Of a stretch of 64,000 nucleotides of DNA, positions 41,755 to 52,808 are shown piece by piece. The translations under genes were made by a program, and so were the position numbers. The DNA is from Carpediemonas membranifera BICM. Its lineage: Eukaryota > Protista > Fornicata. The DNA lies in contig JAHDYR010000067.1 in the NCBI GenBank assembly GCA_019828565.1, positions 588,244 through 652,243 on the forward strand. Reading direction: 5' to 3'. Positions within the stretch are counted from its first letter, which is position 1. The number at the start of each line of letters is the position of its first letter. The notes under the pieces are model-generated. The model ran no database searches, had not been told where the DNA came from, and saw nothing but the letters and a program-made list of their open reading frames with translations.

Positions 41755-43965
41755 TCACATGTCATTGATGTTGAACACCAGACCATAGTCGGCCACAACG
41801 TCCCCGTTGTCATAAACTCGCAGGATAAGGTCGACATCGGCCTCGGTGGAATACACAGGCTCTTCGTTGACGGAGGACCCGTCGATCGAGGAGTTCCACA
41901 CTTGAATAATGCCACTAATCGTTGCTGACACAAGATAACGACCGTCCTGGGAGAACGCGATAGCCCTTGCAGCGTCAGGAAGGTTGAATGTCGCGATGTT
42001 TTTGCCAGTTGGTCCGATGATATCTACTCGATTATCTGTCCTCCCAATCGCGATCATGAATCCCATGCTGTCAACCGAGATCGCGACGACGTTGGGGAAG
42101 CCCTTGATCTTGTAAATCCCCTCATCTCCTGCAGTTTTAGCCAGGTCCCACACCTTGACCTTGTCGCTCGACGCGGAGGCAATAAACTTATTGTTTGTGG
42201 ATATCCCTACAGCCCCGATGCTTGTCTTATGCCCCTTGAGGATGAGCAACTTCTTCCCGCTCTCGCAGTCGAACAAACGGACCGTCTTCCCCTTGGAACC
42301 TGTCACTACGCGTGTGCCGTCGTTTGAGAGCGCCACTGCGGTCAATGGCTGGCTATGGGCCGTGATCTTGTGGACAACGCCTGCTCTAGTGATGGTCAGC
42401 TGCTTGCCGTCGATGGCGAGGTCGGTAGAATGGTAGGGGCCTGAAGTATCGACCACACGAGGGCTCGGACTCGGGCTGGGTTTGGTGGATGGTTGTTTGG
42501 GCGATCGTTTCTTCTCCAACGCTTCTGGTACTGGCGCTGGGGCGGCCGGCGGGGGCGACTCCGGCACTGACTGAGCATTCCGGAGTTCCGGAGTGGGAGA
42601 GGGCTGTATGTCGAGAGACAGCGCCAGTCCTAGGTCTTGTTCAGGTCGCAGCGGGGCAGGGCGGGCTGGGGGCTGGCTGTTAGTCCGCGAATGAGCTGGG
42701 GCGAGCGAGAGAGCGAGTGTAGGCCCAGCCTTGCCGTTGCTTCCATCATTTGTCACCTGCGTGGCCTCGGGAGCTGCACTAAACTGCGTCGACTCCACCT
42801 TGCTCTGAGCAGGGGAATGAGAGACGGGCGTGGGTGACAGGGAGTGTAAGGGCGGCATGCTCACACCCTCCTCCTCCACTACAGCAATGCCCATGCCACT
42901 CCTCTGGGCGATCTCGTGGATATGTTCAGTGTCAACCTCATCGTCATCGTCCTCTGGCAGTGACTCGGCCGACTTCTTGATGAATGGTGTCTTGAACGTG
43001 TGAGTATCAGGCTGCAGCCGGGTCTCGAACACGGCCTCGCCCCAGACGGTGTAAACCTGCTTAGGGCCAAAGCACGCTCTGCCGCCAGGACATGATCCAA
43101 TCATAATCCAATCAACCGTGCTAAATAAAACGGTAAGATCCTCTTCGACTCCGGGTTTCTGTATCTCCTCGAGGGTTGGGTAATGCACGTGACGCATCGT
43201 CTGCCCGTCCTCTTCGAAAGTCTCGATGCTACTCACCGTGGAGAGGTCCGCATAGCCAGAGACAGCGACAGTCTGTCCGTCGGGAGAGACGGCCACGTGT
43301 CGGGCTTGTTGGGGGTGGAATAGGGTGGCTACTACCCCGCCGATCTGGTCCATCACGCATACACGGTTGCCCTCGGCAACTGCCACCCTGCCAGCGCCGA
43401 GGAAGCAGGCCGAGCGCCAGCCGAGGGGGAAGGCGGTGTTGGAACGGGAGACAAGCATCTGACGCTCGCCAGAAGGCGTGATGAGGGAGAGCGCATCGGC
43501 TCCGTCGACAAGGATCGAACCGTTTGAATCTCGATCGACCGCAGATACAATCGGGTCTGAATCTGGATGGGAGATCATTGCCCTGTTTGGAGCATCCCAT
43601 GCCTCAATACCGTGCCCGTGGGTGCCTATGACGAACGTATCCTCCTGGAAAGCGAGGGACGTGGCCATGGTGGAGGGGAAATGAAGCCGAGCGAGGATCC
43701 GACCGCTAGTGGCGCCCCAGACCTCGAACTGGCCATCTGAGCCGAGAGTGAAGATTTCATTGTCATTGTCGTTGATGGATATGCCTATGATGGCCCCCTT
43801 CGTCTTGGAATCGAGGAGAAAAATGGTCTCTTTCGTCTTCGTGCTCAATACGCGGATGAAATCGTCGTTGATTGCTGCTACAATATAGCTTCCATCCCTA
43901 GACACTGCAATAGCATCTACTCTACCGTCAAACGTGCCCAGAGAGCTTGTAGCCAAATCGTCCAT
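41755..43965 (-). CDS. WD40-repeat protein with two propeller regions and a Pro/Ser-rich linker
   Basis: AHSQPLTAVALSNDG...VRLFD, GHKTSIG...VKVWD and N-terminal WD-like repeats. Confidence 0.85.
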   Translation of the reverse strand: MDDLATSSLGTFDGRVDAIAVSRDGSYIVAAINDDFIRVLSTKTKETIFLLDSKTKGAIIGISINDNDNEIFTLGSDGQFEVWGATSGRILARLHFPSTMATSLAFQEDTFVIGTHGHGIEAWDAPNRAMISHPDSDPIVSAVDRDSNGSILVDGADALSLITPSGERQMLVSRSNTAFPLGWRSACFLGAGRVAVAEGNRVCVMDQIGGVVATLFHPQQARHVAVSPDGQTVAVSGYADLSTVSSIETFEEDGQTMRHVHYPTLEEIQKPGVEEDLTVLFSTVDWIMIGSCPGGRACFGPKQVYTVWGEAVFETRLQPDTHTFKTPFIKKSAESLPEDDDDEVDTEHIHEIAQRSGMGIAVVEEEGVSMPPLHSLSPTPVSHSPAQSKVESTQFSAAPEATQVTNDGSNGKAGPTLALSLAPAHSRTNSQPPARPAPLRPEQDLGLALSLDIQPSPTPELRNAQSVPESPPPAAPAPVPEALEKKRSPKQPSTKPSPSPSPRVVDTSGPYHSTDLAIDGKQLTITRAGVVHKITAHSQPLTAVALSNDGTRVVTGSKGKTVRLFDCESGKKLLILKGHKTSIGAVGISTNNKFIASASSDKVKVWDLAKTAGDEGIYKIKGFPNVVAISVDSMGFMIAIGRTDNRVDIIGPTGKNIATFNLPDAARAIAFSQDGRYLVSATISGIIQVWNSSIDGSSVNEEPVYSTEADVDLILRVYDNGDVVADYGLVFNINDM

Positions 43966-44125
43966 GCCAAGTGTGCATGTTAAGGTCAAAAGTCATAACT
44001 CACCCTAGACGGCTCCTCACCCTCCCAGACGATCCACTAGCGCCCTACTCCGCCGTATTTCCCCTGATTTCGCCAAGATCCACTCTGACGCAGTTTAAGC
44101 AAAATCATCGCAACAAACTCTCAAG

Positions 44126-45613
44126 ATGAGCGCTGAGATGCAGCTTGGACGCTTCTCCAACAAGGGTATACGAATCCCCGTTCGGAGGCGTTCGGTGGTT
44201 GAGAAGCTCGCCATGGCATCTCCAGTTCGCCGAACAATTCATTTCAATTCTGCGGGAGGTGTGGAACAAGAGAATGAAATTCAGACCAGCACATCTCCAC
44301 TGACACCATTGAGAACCATTCGCAGCCGCAGCTCTTCTGTTACTGGCAACAAAAACGAGGTTCGCACTCCAACTCTTGGACGTCTCCCCGAGAAAGGCAT
44401 TCGCATGCCCCGCTCCCGCCAAATCCCCGAGAATCTAGTGCTCACCTCCCCCATCCAACGCAAGAAGCGCTTTAACTCTGCTGACGGCCGGCTGGAAGAG
44501 TCTGACCTGCACACGCCCCTTTCCCCCATTAGCCCCGATTCCCGCAGCCCCTCGGCCTCCACCACGCCCATGCGGCTTGACACCCACCCCAAGGGTCGTA
44601 GACGCTCGTCTATTGTCGGGACCACTTCTTTCAAGCTCTCTTCGCTCCAATCCCCCGCGGGCTCGCTGTCGTCCCCTACAAAGTCAAGAATCCATGACCC
44701 TGCCACTCTCAGTGCGGGCGTGCCTCTCAGACTGGGATATACGCCCATCGAAGGCGTCTCTACTACAGTGGTTGGCGTGACTCAGCTCAGGAAGACTACG
44801 AACAAGGTCGAACTCGTCGGCGGGCCGAGAAAGATCAAGGCCAGTCTGGAGGCCGACGCTCAGCTCATGGCTGCGACTATGAGGCGGGCTGGGAGCTTCC
44901 TAGACGAGATGGCCCTCTGGCTCAACCTCGCATACAGTTTTGACAACGCCGGCGAGCCTAAACGTGCCCTCGCTGCGTTCTCCAAGGCCCTTTCCAGTGC
45001 AAGACAGAGCGGCTGCGTCAAGGGCGAGATCCTCGCCCTCAATGGGCTCGCGGTCGACTTTTTCCTGCTAAACCGCAGAGACCAAGCCATCAACGCCGCC
45101 GAGCAGCTCGTAGACATCGCGACAGACGCCAACTCCCGCTTCTACGCGCTGACTTGCCTTGGAGTCGCTCTCATGCATACTTCTGACGGAGAGCTCTCGA
45201 CGTCAGATGTCAAGCGGGCTCACGAGGTGATGGAAGATGCCGTGGACGCCTCTCGCGCGGTGATCACAAGGGCTAGGGAAGCGGAGAAGATTGCTTCGAC
45301 CAATCTCGCCATGGCCGAGGGACTTGTCGGCGAGTTCGAGGCTGCACGCGAGAGTCTCGACCGCAGCCTATATCTAGCCGACGATGTGGCAGATACGACG
45401 CATCAGATCGCTCTCTCCCAACTCGGTGCCATGGCAAGTGACGCTGGGCAGTTTAGAGATGCTGACCTCTTTTATTTGCAAGCCCGCGATGTGGCACTGG
45501 AGAACGGGCTGGAGAAGGAGGCGCAGACGGCCAAGATCAGGGCTGCGGTGGCAAGGACGAGCAGCGCGATGGCAATGCACATGGCGAACCTGTTGGCGAA
45601 GGTTGCTGAGTGA
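44126..45613 (+). CDS. TPR-repeat protein with S/T-P-rich disordered N-terminus
   Basis: C-terminal helical repeats (LNLAYSF...ALAAFSKAL; TNLAMAEG..GEFEAA; SQLGAMA...GQFRDA). Confidence 0.8.
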   Translation: MSAEMQLGRFSNKGIRIPVRRRSVVEKLAMASPVRRTIHFNSAGGVEQENEIQTSTSPLTPLRTIRSRSSSVTGNKNEVRTPTLGRLPEKGIRMPRSRQIPENLVLTSPIQRKKRFNSADGRLEESDLHTPLSPISPDSRSPSASTTPMRLDTHPKGRRRSSIVGTTSFKLSSLQSPAGSLSSPTKSRIHDPATLSAGVPLRLGYTPIEGVSTTVVGVTQLRKTTNKVELVGGPRKIKASLEADAQLMAATMRRAGSFLDEMALWLNLAYSFDNAGEPKRALAAFSKALSSARQSGCVKGEILALNGLAVDFFLLNRRDQAINAAEQLVDIATDANSRFYALTCLGVALMHTSDGELSTSDVKRAHEVMEDAVDASRAVITRAREAEKIASTNLAMAEGLVGEFEAARESLDRSLYLADDVADTTHQIALSQLGAMASDAGQFRDADLFYLQARDVALENGLEKEAQTAKIRAAVARTSSAMAMHMANLLAKVAE

Positions 45614-45846
45614 TTGAGTGGAATTTGATTGAAATAAAGCGCCGGCAATGGGTGGTTAGCTGCGGTACATTCATCATCGTGTGAATGGCTTCATTGTAAT
45701 CACAATAATGAGGCAATGTCGCGTCCTCAGTCTAGGCGATACATCGATGCCACACTACACAATGAGGGTGTGGTCGGGTTGCAGTCTGTTCATCGAGAAT
45801 GGAAGAGGTAACTGGTCGCCTGGCCAGTCACGATTGAACAGCAAGT

Positions 45847-47269
45847 TTATGATTGAGGGCTTGGGTCGACACTGACGGGAATGATGTCTTCCCGCCTTAT
45901 GGGCGCCTCGCACTCGACGAGTTCAGCCACCCCATCTGACTCGCCCACCACCTTGAACCACTGGCCAGTTGAGTCGCAGAAGCGGAGGGGGTCTTCAACA
46001 TTGAACGCTGTCGCCTCAATTGGAACCATGGTAAGATTCCCACGGTGGCAGTAGTGGGTGACACCCTCGGTCACCCAGACCATCCGATCATATTCACCCC
46101 AGAACCCCTTGACCCTCTCTGGGAACCGGAGCGGGGTGGCTGTGAGGCACTTGTCGCGTTCGCTGAAACCAGGCAGCAGGCCCGACTGGGCGATATGAAA
46201 GGGAACTTCGCCGGCGAAGAGCAGCTGGCGGCCGCTGAGGAAGACGGTGAAAAAACGAGTCTCTGAAGTGATGATCCGGTCGACCCTGAAGGGCAGGTCA
46301 ACGAAGCCAGACATCCCATCATCGTGCCCGAGCCCCAGCTGGCCATAATCGTTTCTCCCACTGATCATCTGCCGATCGCCCATTGAGAGGATGACAGTTG
46401 TTGCATTGAGCAGACCTGCATGCATGATGTGATCTGGGACAAAGCCAGACGGCACTGCTACTGGGTTGAATAGTTTTCTGTTGTCCTCATCGGCTTCGCC
46501 TGTGAACCAATTCGCCTTGTTGCCCGCCATGACAGTGCCGGCTGGAGTGAGGATGAACGTCTGATATTCATATATCGACACAGCAGTCACCATCCTGTGC
46601 TTCTCCCAGGGGGGCAGGCTGGCCTCGAGCGCGGCGATGTTGGGGCAGGAGGGGAAGTTGAGGCGGGTTGGGTTGACAAAAAGATTACTTGCCGACTTGA
46701 ACCCCAGCTGACCCTCTTCGTTAGTGCCCCAGCCCCACAGACCCTTGGGCGTCCTGGCGATGTGGGTCCATGTGTTGCTGTAGACCTCGAGGGCCCTGGG
46801 CATCCTGGCCCTGGTGAGGGCGGTGTGGTGTCTCGTGTCGAGCATGAAGAGTCGGCCCATGTACATGTGGTGGTGGTAGCATCTGTCGTGCCCAGGACGC
46901 TGATAGCACTCGCCGTCCTTCTCGGCGACGTTCAGCGAGAAGAAGAACTTGCGGCAGAGGAACCAGAGGCACTTGGCCTCAGGGGCGAGAGCCTTGCGGA
47001 TCTTGTCGTGCATCCTGGTAGTGTGCGGCCACTCCTCTTGAGCCTCCTCCAGCACCCTGTCCTCGAGGTCGGGGTTGGCCCCGCCACCCACCAGACACGC
47101 CCACACCGCGCCCTGGTTCAGCGTGTGCAGGGCGACCGGGAGCTCCTGCCCCGCCACCAGCTCGACGTTCATGGACAGCGGGGGGCCGCTGGTGAGGTTC
47201 GAGCGAGGCGCGATATGCGGAGATAAGTGTGTCTTTGATGCATGTTGGCGAGGAAATAACGCTGCTCAT
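45847..47269 (-). CDS. RCC1-repeat mosaic family copy H (~210-bp 5' internal deletion; open from MNVEL at 47172)
   Basis: The junction GGTTCGAGCGAGGCGCGATATG near 47200 fuses two normally distant family segments. Confidence 0.8.
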
Positions 47270-47334
47270 CGGTTTCAGCGCTCAGCTCGGTGGTTGCCAA
47301 ATTCTGACTGCCGACTCGCCGACCGCCGACGCCA

Positions 47335-47646
47335 CTCACCTCGAGGCGCGAGGCACGACCCCGGTAGCCGCAGCTCCAGATGAGTCTGCGCCCAGAGTCG
47401 GCGTGAGTTACATTCGCGTCAGCAATGCCAGACAGAACTGTCTCCCAACCAGCCAAGGCCTCGAGTTGAGTCCACGCCTGACTCCATTCAAATTTACACA
47501 GCCTACTGCCTCTGCTCGAGCGTGCTGACAACATCGCAGACGCGGATATCGTTAGTGTCTCCCGCAAACGCCACAAACCTGCCATTCGGGGCGAAGTCAC
47601 AGCTGTAGCTCGCAGAAGGCAGGTCCAACGAACCAAGGATCTCGCC
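47335..47646 (-). repeat. Duplicate of 13030-13341, including the 3' ~144 bp of the WD40 gene
   Basis: Near-identical sequence at a constant offset of 34305. Confidence 0.92.
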
Positions 47647-48412
47647 CGACAGAAATCTGTGCTTCAGTATTGCGGCGTACACTCATCATGCACACATGAC
47701 ATGAGACGACCGTGGTTGACCGCTTATTGACTGTGACTTGTGGTGGAGTCTTTGACAAGGAGAGAGCGGTGCTGGAGCTTTCTTCTAACGGTTGCGATAA
47801 TCCGAAGCCGATAGTCATTTTGTTATAGTATAGCGTAGCTTGCGTGCTTGTAGCTCTGGCGAAGCCGTCTTGTTTGCATTATCATCTTATACGCTTTTCG
47901 CGGTCAAGAGACAAGTTCCACATGTTTCCAGGACAAGAATATGACTATATGCTCAGGATACATTCATTCTCTGCTTTTCCTCACAATACACCCATCTTTT
48001 CCATGCCACGCTCAAAATTTGCGCCGACTCCACGAACTGTTCAAGACAATCACGCCTGGTTCGCAGAAGAAGATGCCGCCACACATCACAGGAGATGCTT
48101 GAGGCCTTGTCTGTATCAGTTTTTGGCCTTGTCAGCGATCTTGTACCCGTCTTCCATCGGCCGAAAGAGAGCGTCGGACGACGCTGACGGCGAAAATAAA
48201 GCTATAATCGCGCTTTTTATAGTTCATCTCGTTCATTTGAGTACTCAGGCGAGTCTCTGCTGTCGCAAGGGACTCAGGCTGATCGAATCAGTTTTTCGTT
48301 CCGATTTTTTGCATGAAAAAAAGTTCAACAACGTCTGGCTTCATGAAGCTCCCAAAGCAGTCCAAGTTTGCTTGTTTGTTCCGCAATTTTCGCTTTCAGT
48401 TATACAGTGGCC

Positions 48413-50608
48413 ATGAATTCTCCTGGTGGCAGGAGTCCTGGCCCGAGATCAGCAACCCCTTCTCGTACGAAGCGTATCGTTCTCGCTCAGGACCACCAGA
48501 GCAAGTATCTTGCCCGCGCCGAGGAAGAAAACAGAGAGCAGTTCCTTCCCAAGGAGGATATTGCCACGGAGCTCTCCCAGATTCGTACAGTTGAAGAGCT
48601 TCACATTGACCACCGTCAGGCTCTCTCCATCAAGCGTGGTGATCTCTCTATCATCCAGGGCGAGGTCTTCCGCTGCACCCCCAAGGCCCCGCACCTCAGC
48701 GACATTCCTCTGATCATCAAGCGTCTCGACTGCGTTGATCGCCGCACCTATGACTTGAAGGTTTACGAAGCCGATGCCGTCGCACGCTTCCAGGGCCACC
48801 CTAACATCGTCTCTCTTTATTCATACTGGTCTGAAAAGCCGACCAACCCCTACACGTTTAAGACGCTGGTCCTCCTTGAAGAGGAGGGCATTCTCGGAGA
48901 TATGTGGAACATGGTGGTCACCAACAGCCGCAGACCCTCACCCCGCCACGCTCTCAAGTACGCCTGCGACATCGCCAAGGGTCTTGTCGCTATCCACAAC
49001 TGTAACATCATCCACGGAAAGGTCCGCCCCGCAGGCATCTACCTCGACGCCTTCAACAACGCCATGATCGGCGAGTTCGGCAAGACAGAGCTCGACTCTG
49101 CCCGCCAGACGCACCAGCTATTCTCTAAGCTCCTCATTGGTGACGCTATCCCCACCACGCTCGTCTACTGGGCGCCCGAGCTCCTCACGCTCAAGAAGTA
49201 CTCCAAGAGCGCTGATATGTGGGCATTCGGTGTCACCTTCTATCAGATCATCACCGGTCAGCACCCCTTCTGCACCGATGACGAGAACACCTTCCGCGAC
49301 GACGTCCTCACCGCAAACGTCAACATGGCACCCATCGAGGACTCCCGTCTTGCCACTATTGTCGAGAACCTCGTCCGCCTCGACCCCGACGAGCGTTGGA
49401 CTGCCGACGACGTCCTTACCTTTGCGCAGCACGACTTTGCCGTCGACATCCAGCGTGTCTGGCGCGGCTACATGGTCCGCAAGGAGTACCGCCGCATCCG
49501 CAACGCCGTCGTCCTCATCCAGGCCCACATCCGCGGCTGGCTCACGTACCGCAACTACTGGCGGACCCGCCGCCAGCGCCAGCTCCGCGCGGCCGTCCGC
49601 ATCCAGTCGATTGTCCGCATGTGGCGCGCACGCACACAGTACCTCGGCCAGCGCGACGCCATCATGCAGTGCCAGGCCAACGTGCTCACTCGCCAGACCC
49701 GCCGTGCGTACCTCAAGTACCGCGAGGACGTCATCCTCTGCCAGGCCGTTGCCCGCCGCTTCCTCTGCAAGAACTGGTTCGACAAGGTCCGTCTGTACCG
49801 TCGTGAGCTCGAGGCCAAGCTCCTCACAGTTCAAGCCATGATCCAGAAATATGATCAGTCTGCCGCAGAGTTTAGCACCCTGTTCCCCGACGGCAAGCTG
49901 CCTGCCGCCCTCAACCAACTCTCTGCCTACGAGTCGTTCGAGCTCGCCCGTCCTGACGGCGAGTGCGGTCTCCCCCGCCTCCGTGCCGCTGCAGACCAGA
50001 TGTCTGGCCTGGAAGCCGAGCTCCAAGCCAAGAAGGCCGAACTCGACCAGCTATCTCTCGAACACGCGCAGAAGGAGGAAGAAGAGGCGCGCCTGCAGGA
50101 AGAACTCGGCTCCAAATACCACGAGCTCGCGCCCATGATTGACGCCCTCAAGAAGAACCTCGCGCGCGTGGAAGACCAGTGCAAGCGCTCTATCGACATG
50201 CCCATTGCCCTGCAGCATCCCTACACCTACTCCAAATGGGACACGATCCACGAGCCCGACAACAAGGCCGACAACGTGCTCGACGACTCTCAGACCGTCT
50301 GGCGCACCCTCACCCCTGCGGTCGACCTCACCCTCTGCTCTGGCTCGGTGTGCTTCATCGCTGACGTCACCATTTGCCCTGGGGACTGTGGACCTTCTGC
50401 TGTGGAGGTCTCTGTGTCCAACACGCCCGATAAGTGGACGCCTGTCTCCTCTTTCAAGTGCGACAGGTCCGTCGAGCAGACTTTCCAGCTTCCCGGCGAG
50501 CAACAGGCTCGTTACCTTCGTCTGAACTTCCCCAACAACATTCGCGGGGGCAACATCGTTTCTGTCCGTCAAGTCAAGGTCCGTGGCCTCGTTCGCGACG
50601 GCCAGTAA
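48413..50608 (+). CDS. Pseudokinase + IQ repeats + coiled coil + discoidin/galactose-binding-like domain
   Basis: HPNIV, IIHGKVRPAGI, EFG, YWAPE and DMWAFGV; IQ motifs IQRVWRGY, IQAHIRGW and IQSIVRMW; C-terminal ARYLRLNF...VSVRQVKVRG. Confidence 0.88.
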   Translation: MNSPGGRSPGPRSATPSRTKRIVLAQDHQSKYLARAEEENREQFLPKEDIATELSQIRTVEELHIDHRQALSIKRGDLSIIQGEVFRCTPKAPHLSDIPLIIKRLDCVDRRTYDLKVYEADAVARFQGHPNIVSLYSYWSEKPTNPYTFKTLVLLEEEGILGDMWNMVVTNSRRPSPRHALKYACDIAKGLVAIHNCNIIHGKVRPAGIYLDAFNNAMIGEFGKTELDSARQTHQLFSKLLIGDAIPTTLVYWAPELLTLKKYSKSADMWAFGVTFYQIITGQHPFCTDDENTFRDDVLTANVNMAPIEDSRLATIVENLVRLDPDERWTADDVLTFAQHDFAVDIQRVWRGYMVRKEYRRIRNAVVLIQAHIRGWLTYRNYWRTRRQRQLRAAVRIQSIVRMWRARTQYLGQRDAIMQCQANVLTRQTRRAYLKYREDVILCQAVARRFLCKNWFDKVRLYRRELEAKLLTVQAMIQKYDQSAAEFSTLFPDGKLPAALNQLSAYESFELARPDGECGLPRLRAAADQMSGLEAELQAKKAELDQLSLEHAQKEEEEARLQEELGSKYHELAPMIDALKKNLARVEDQCKRSIDMPIALQHPYTYSKWDTIHEPDNKADNVLDDSQTVWRTLTPAVDLTLCSGSVCFIADVTICPGDCGPSAVEVSVSNTPDKWTPVSSFKCDRSVEQTFQLPGEQQARYLRLNFPNNIRGGNIVSVRQVKVRGLVRDGQ

Positions 50609-50829
50609 TTCGAATACTGTGACTGTAAACATATCTCATGCGGTTGGGGTGGGGAGTCGGCAGCTCTCGCCGCTGCCTGCGGACGAGTGAGCCGCCTTGG
50701 CAGTAAATGATCCCGTGTCCGATAGTGCAGGCGATGGTCATGCCTCATCTCCCGACCTCCCAGCTGGCGTCGGCGGTCGGCGAGTCGGCAGTCAGAATTT
50801 TGGCACCACCGAGCTGAGCGCTGAAACCA

Positions 50830-52447
50830 ATGAGCAGCGCTAGTTCCTCGCCATCTGCCATCAGAGATGCGCTGATCACCGCATATCGCGCCTCGCTTGT
50901 TGTGACGGCCTCCATCTCTGGTACATCCCATCCTTGATCCAGTGCGCCTACTCCAGGCACTTCAAGAAGCAGATGCCCTCGATCCACAACGACAAGGGCA
51001 CTTCTACACCAACCAGCGCCCCTTCTCTCGAATCCCTCATCGCCGCGCTCTCCAAGCTGCCCCCTCTTGAACCGTCCGCGCAAGCCCTCCTCGACCGCGC
51101 CCGCTCGATCCTCACCAGCGGCCCCCCGCTGTCCATGAACGTCGAGCTCGCGGACGGCGAGGAGCTCCCGGTCGCCCTGCACACGCTGAACCAGGGCGCG
51201 GTGTGGGCGTGTCTGCTGGGTGGCGGGGCCAACCCCGACCTCGAGGACAGGGTGCTGAAGGATAATCTAATGAGGCGGCCTCGTGATCGGGAGACACACG
51301 ACAAGATCCGCAACGCTCTCACCCCCGAGGCCAAGTGCCTCTGGTTCCTCTGCCGCAAGTTCTTCTTCACGTTTAATGTCGCAGAGAAGGACGGCGAGTG
51401 CTGTCAGGGCACTGGGTACAAGAGCTACTACCACCACCGCATGTACGTGGGCCGCCTCTTCATGCTCGGCACTGCCAACCACACCGCCCTCACCAGGGTC
51501 AGGATGCCCAGGGCCCTCGAGGTCTACAGCAACAGGATTAGCCACATCGCCAGGACGCCCAAGGGCATGTGGGGCTGGGGCACTAGCGGACGTAGCCAGC
51601 TTGGGTTCCAGTCATTTAAGTTCAACGACCCGACCGCCTCACCTTCCCCGCCTGCCCCAAGGTCGCCGAGCTCGAGGCCAGCCTGCCCCCCTGGGAGAAG
51701 CACGGGATGGTGACTGGTGTATCAATAGAGAGATGTCAGACGTTCATCCTCACTCCGGTCGGCACTGTCATGGCTGGCTACAATGCAGGCTGGTTCAGAG
51801 GCCCTATCGAGGAGAACAGACACCGCTTCCACCCAGTCGCTGTGCCATCTGGCTTTGTCCCAGATCACATCATGCATGTGGGTCCGTTTAATGCAGCGAC
51901 TGTCATCCTCTCAATGGGCGATCGGCAGATGATCAGTGGGAGAAACGATTATGGCCAGCTGGGACTCGGGCACGATGATGATATGACACGCTTCGGCGAC
52001 CTGCCCTTCAGGGTCGACCGGATCATGATTTCGCAGACAAGTTATTTTAGCATCTTCCCCAGCGGCCGCCAGCTGCTGTTCGCTGGTCGAGTTCGCCCTC
52101 ATATCGCCCAGTCGGGCCTGCTGCCTGGTTTCAGCGAACGCGACAAGTGCATCACAGCCACCCCGCTCCGGTTCCCAGAGAGGGTCAAGGGGTTCTTCAG
52201 CGCCTTTAGTCGGATGATCTGGGTCACTGAGGGTGTCACCCACTATTACGAGGATGAGAATCGTACTATAGTCCCCATTGAGGCGATAGCGGTCAATGGA
52301 TACCCCCTCCGCTTCTGCGACTCAACTGGCCAGTGGTTCAAGGCGGTGGGTGAGTCAGATGGGGTGGCTGAGCTGGTCGAGTGCGAGGTGGCCGAATCGT
52401 GGGAAGACATCATTCCCGTCGATTTCGACCAAAGCCCTCAATCATAA
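50830..52447 (+). pseudogene. RCC1-repeat mosaic family copy I (-1 frameshift near 51633; may be an assembly error)
   Basis: Reads GACCCGACCGCC versus GACCCGACCCGCC in other copies; split into ORFs 50934-51713 and 51707-52447. Confidence 0.85.
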
Positions 52448-52808
52448 ACAAAAGTGCGGGCAAAATTGGTGCCTCTCGAGTTTCACATGAGCTCACGGGC
52501 ACCCTGGAGTGCCGAGGCGCGGGCGAGACCCCAGCGGGACCGGGTCGCCGTGCTTAGAGGTTGAATCTGGTGTGAGTTTCGGATATGAATCGAGGTGATT
52601 CGATCCGGGAGAATCGATTGCGCAATCGACTGAAAATGGAGTCAGACCAAGAGAAATGGCGGAAGAGACCGCCGGACAGATAAGAGATAAATGTCCAACC
52701 CTCCTTGGGTAACAGTGTATATGTTGTGTGGCCAGCAAAATCTGGCCAATCATTTCAGTCAACGTGTCACATTCAAAGGCACGCATGTAGAGAGGGCCAA
52801 CAGTGCAT

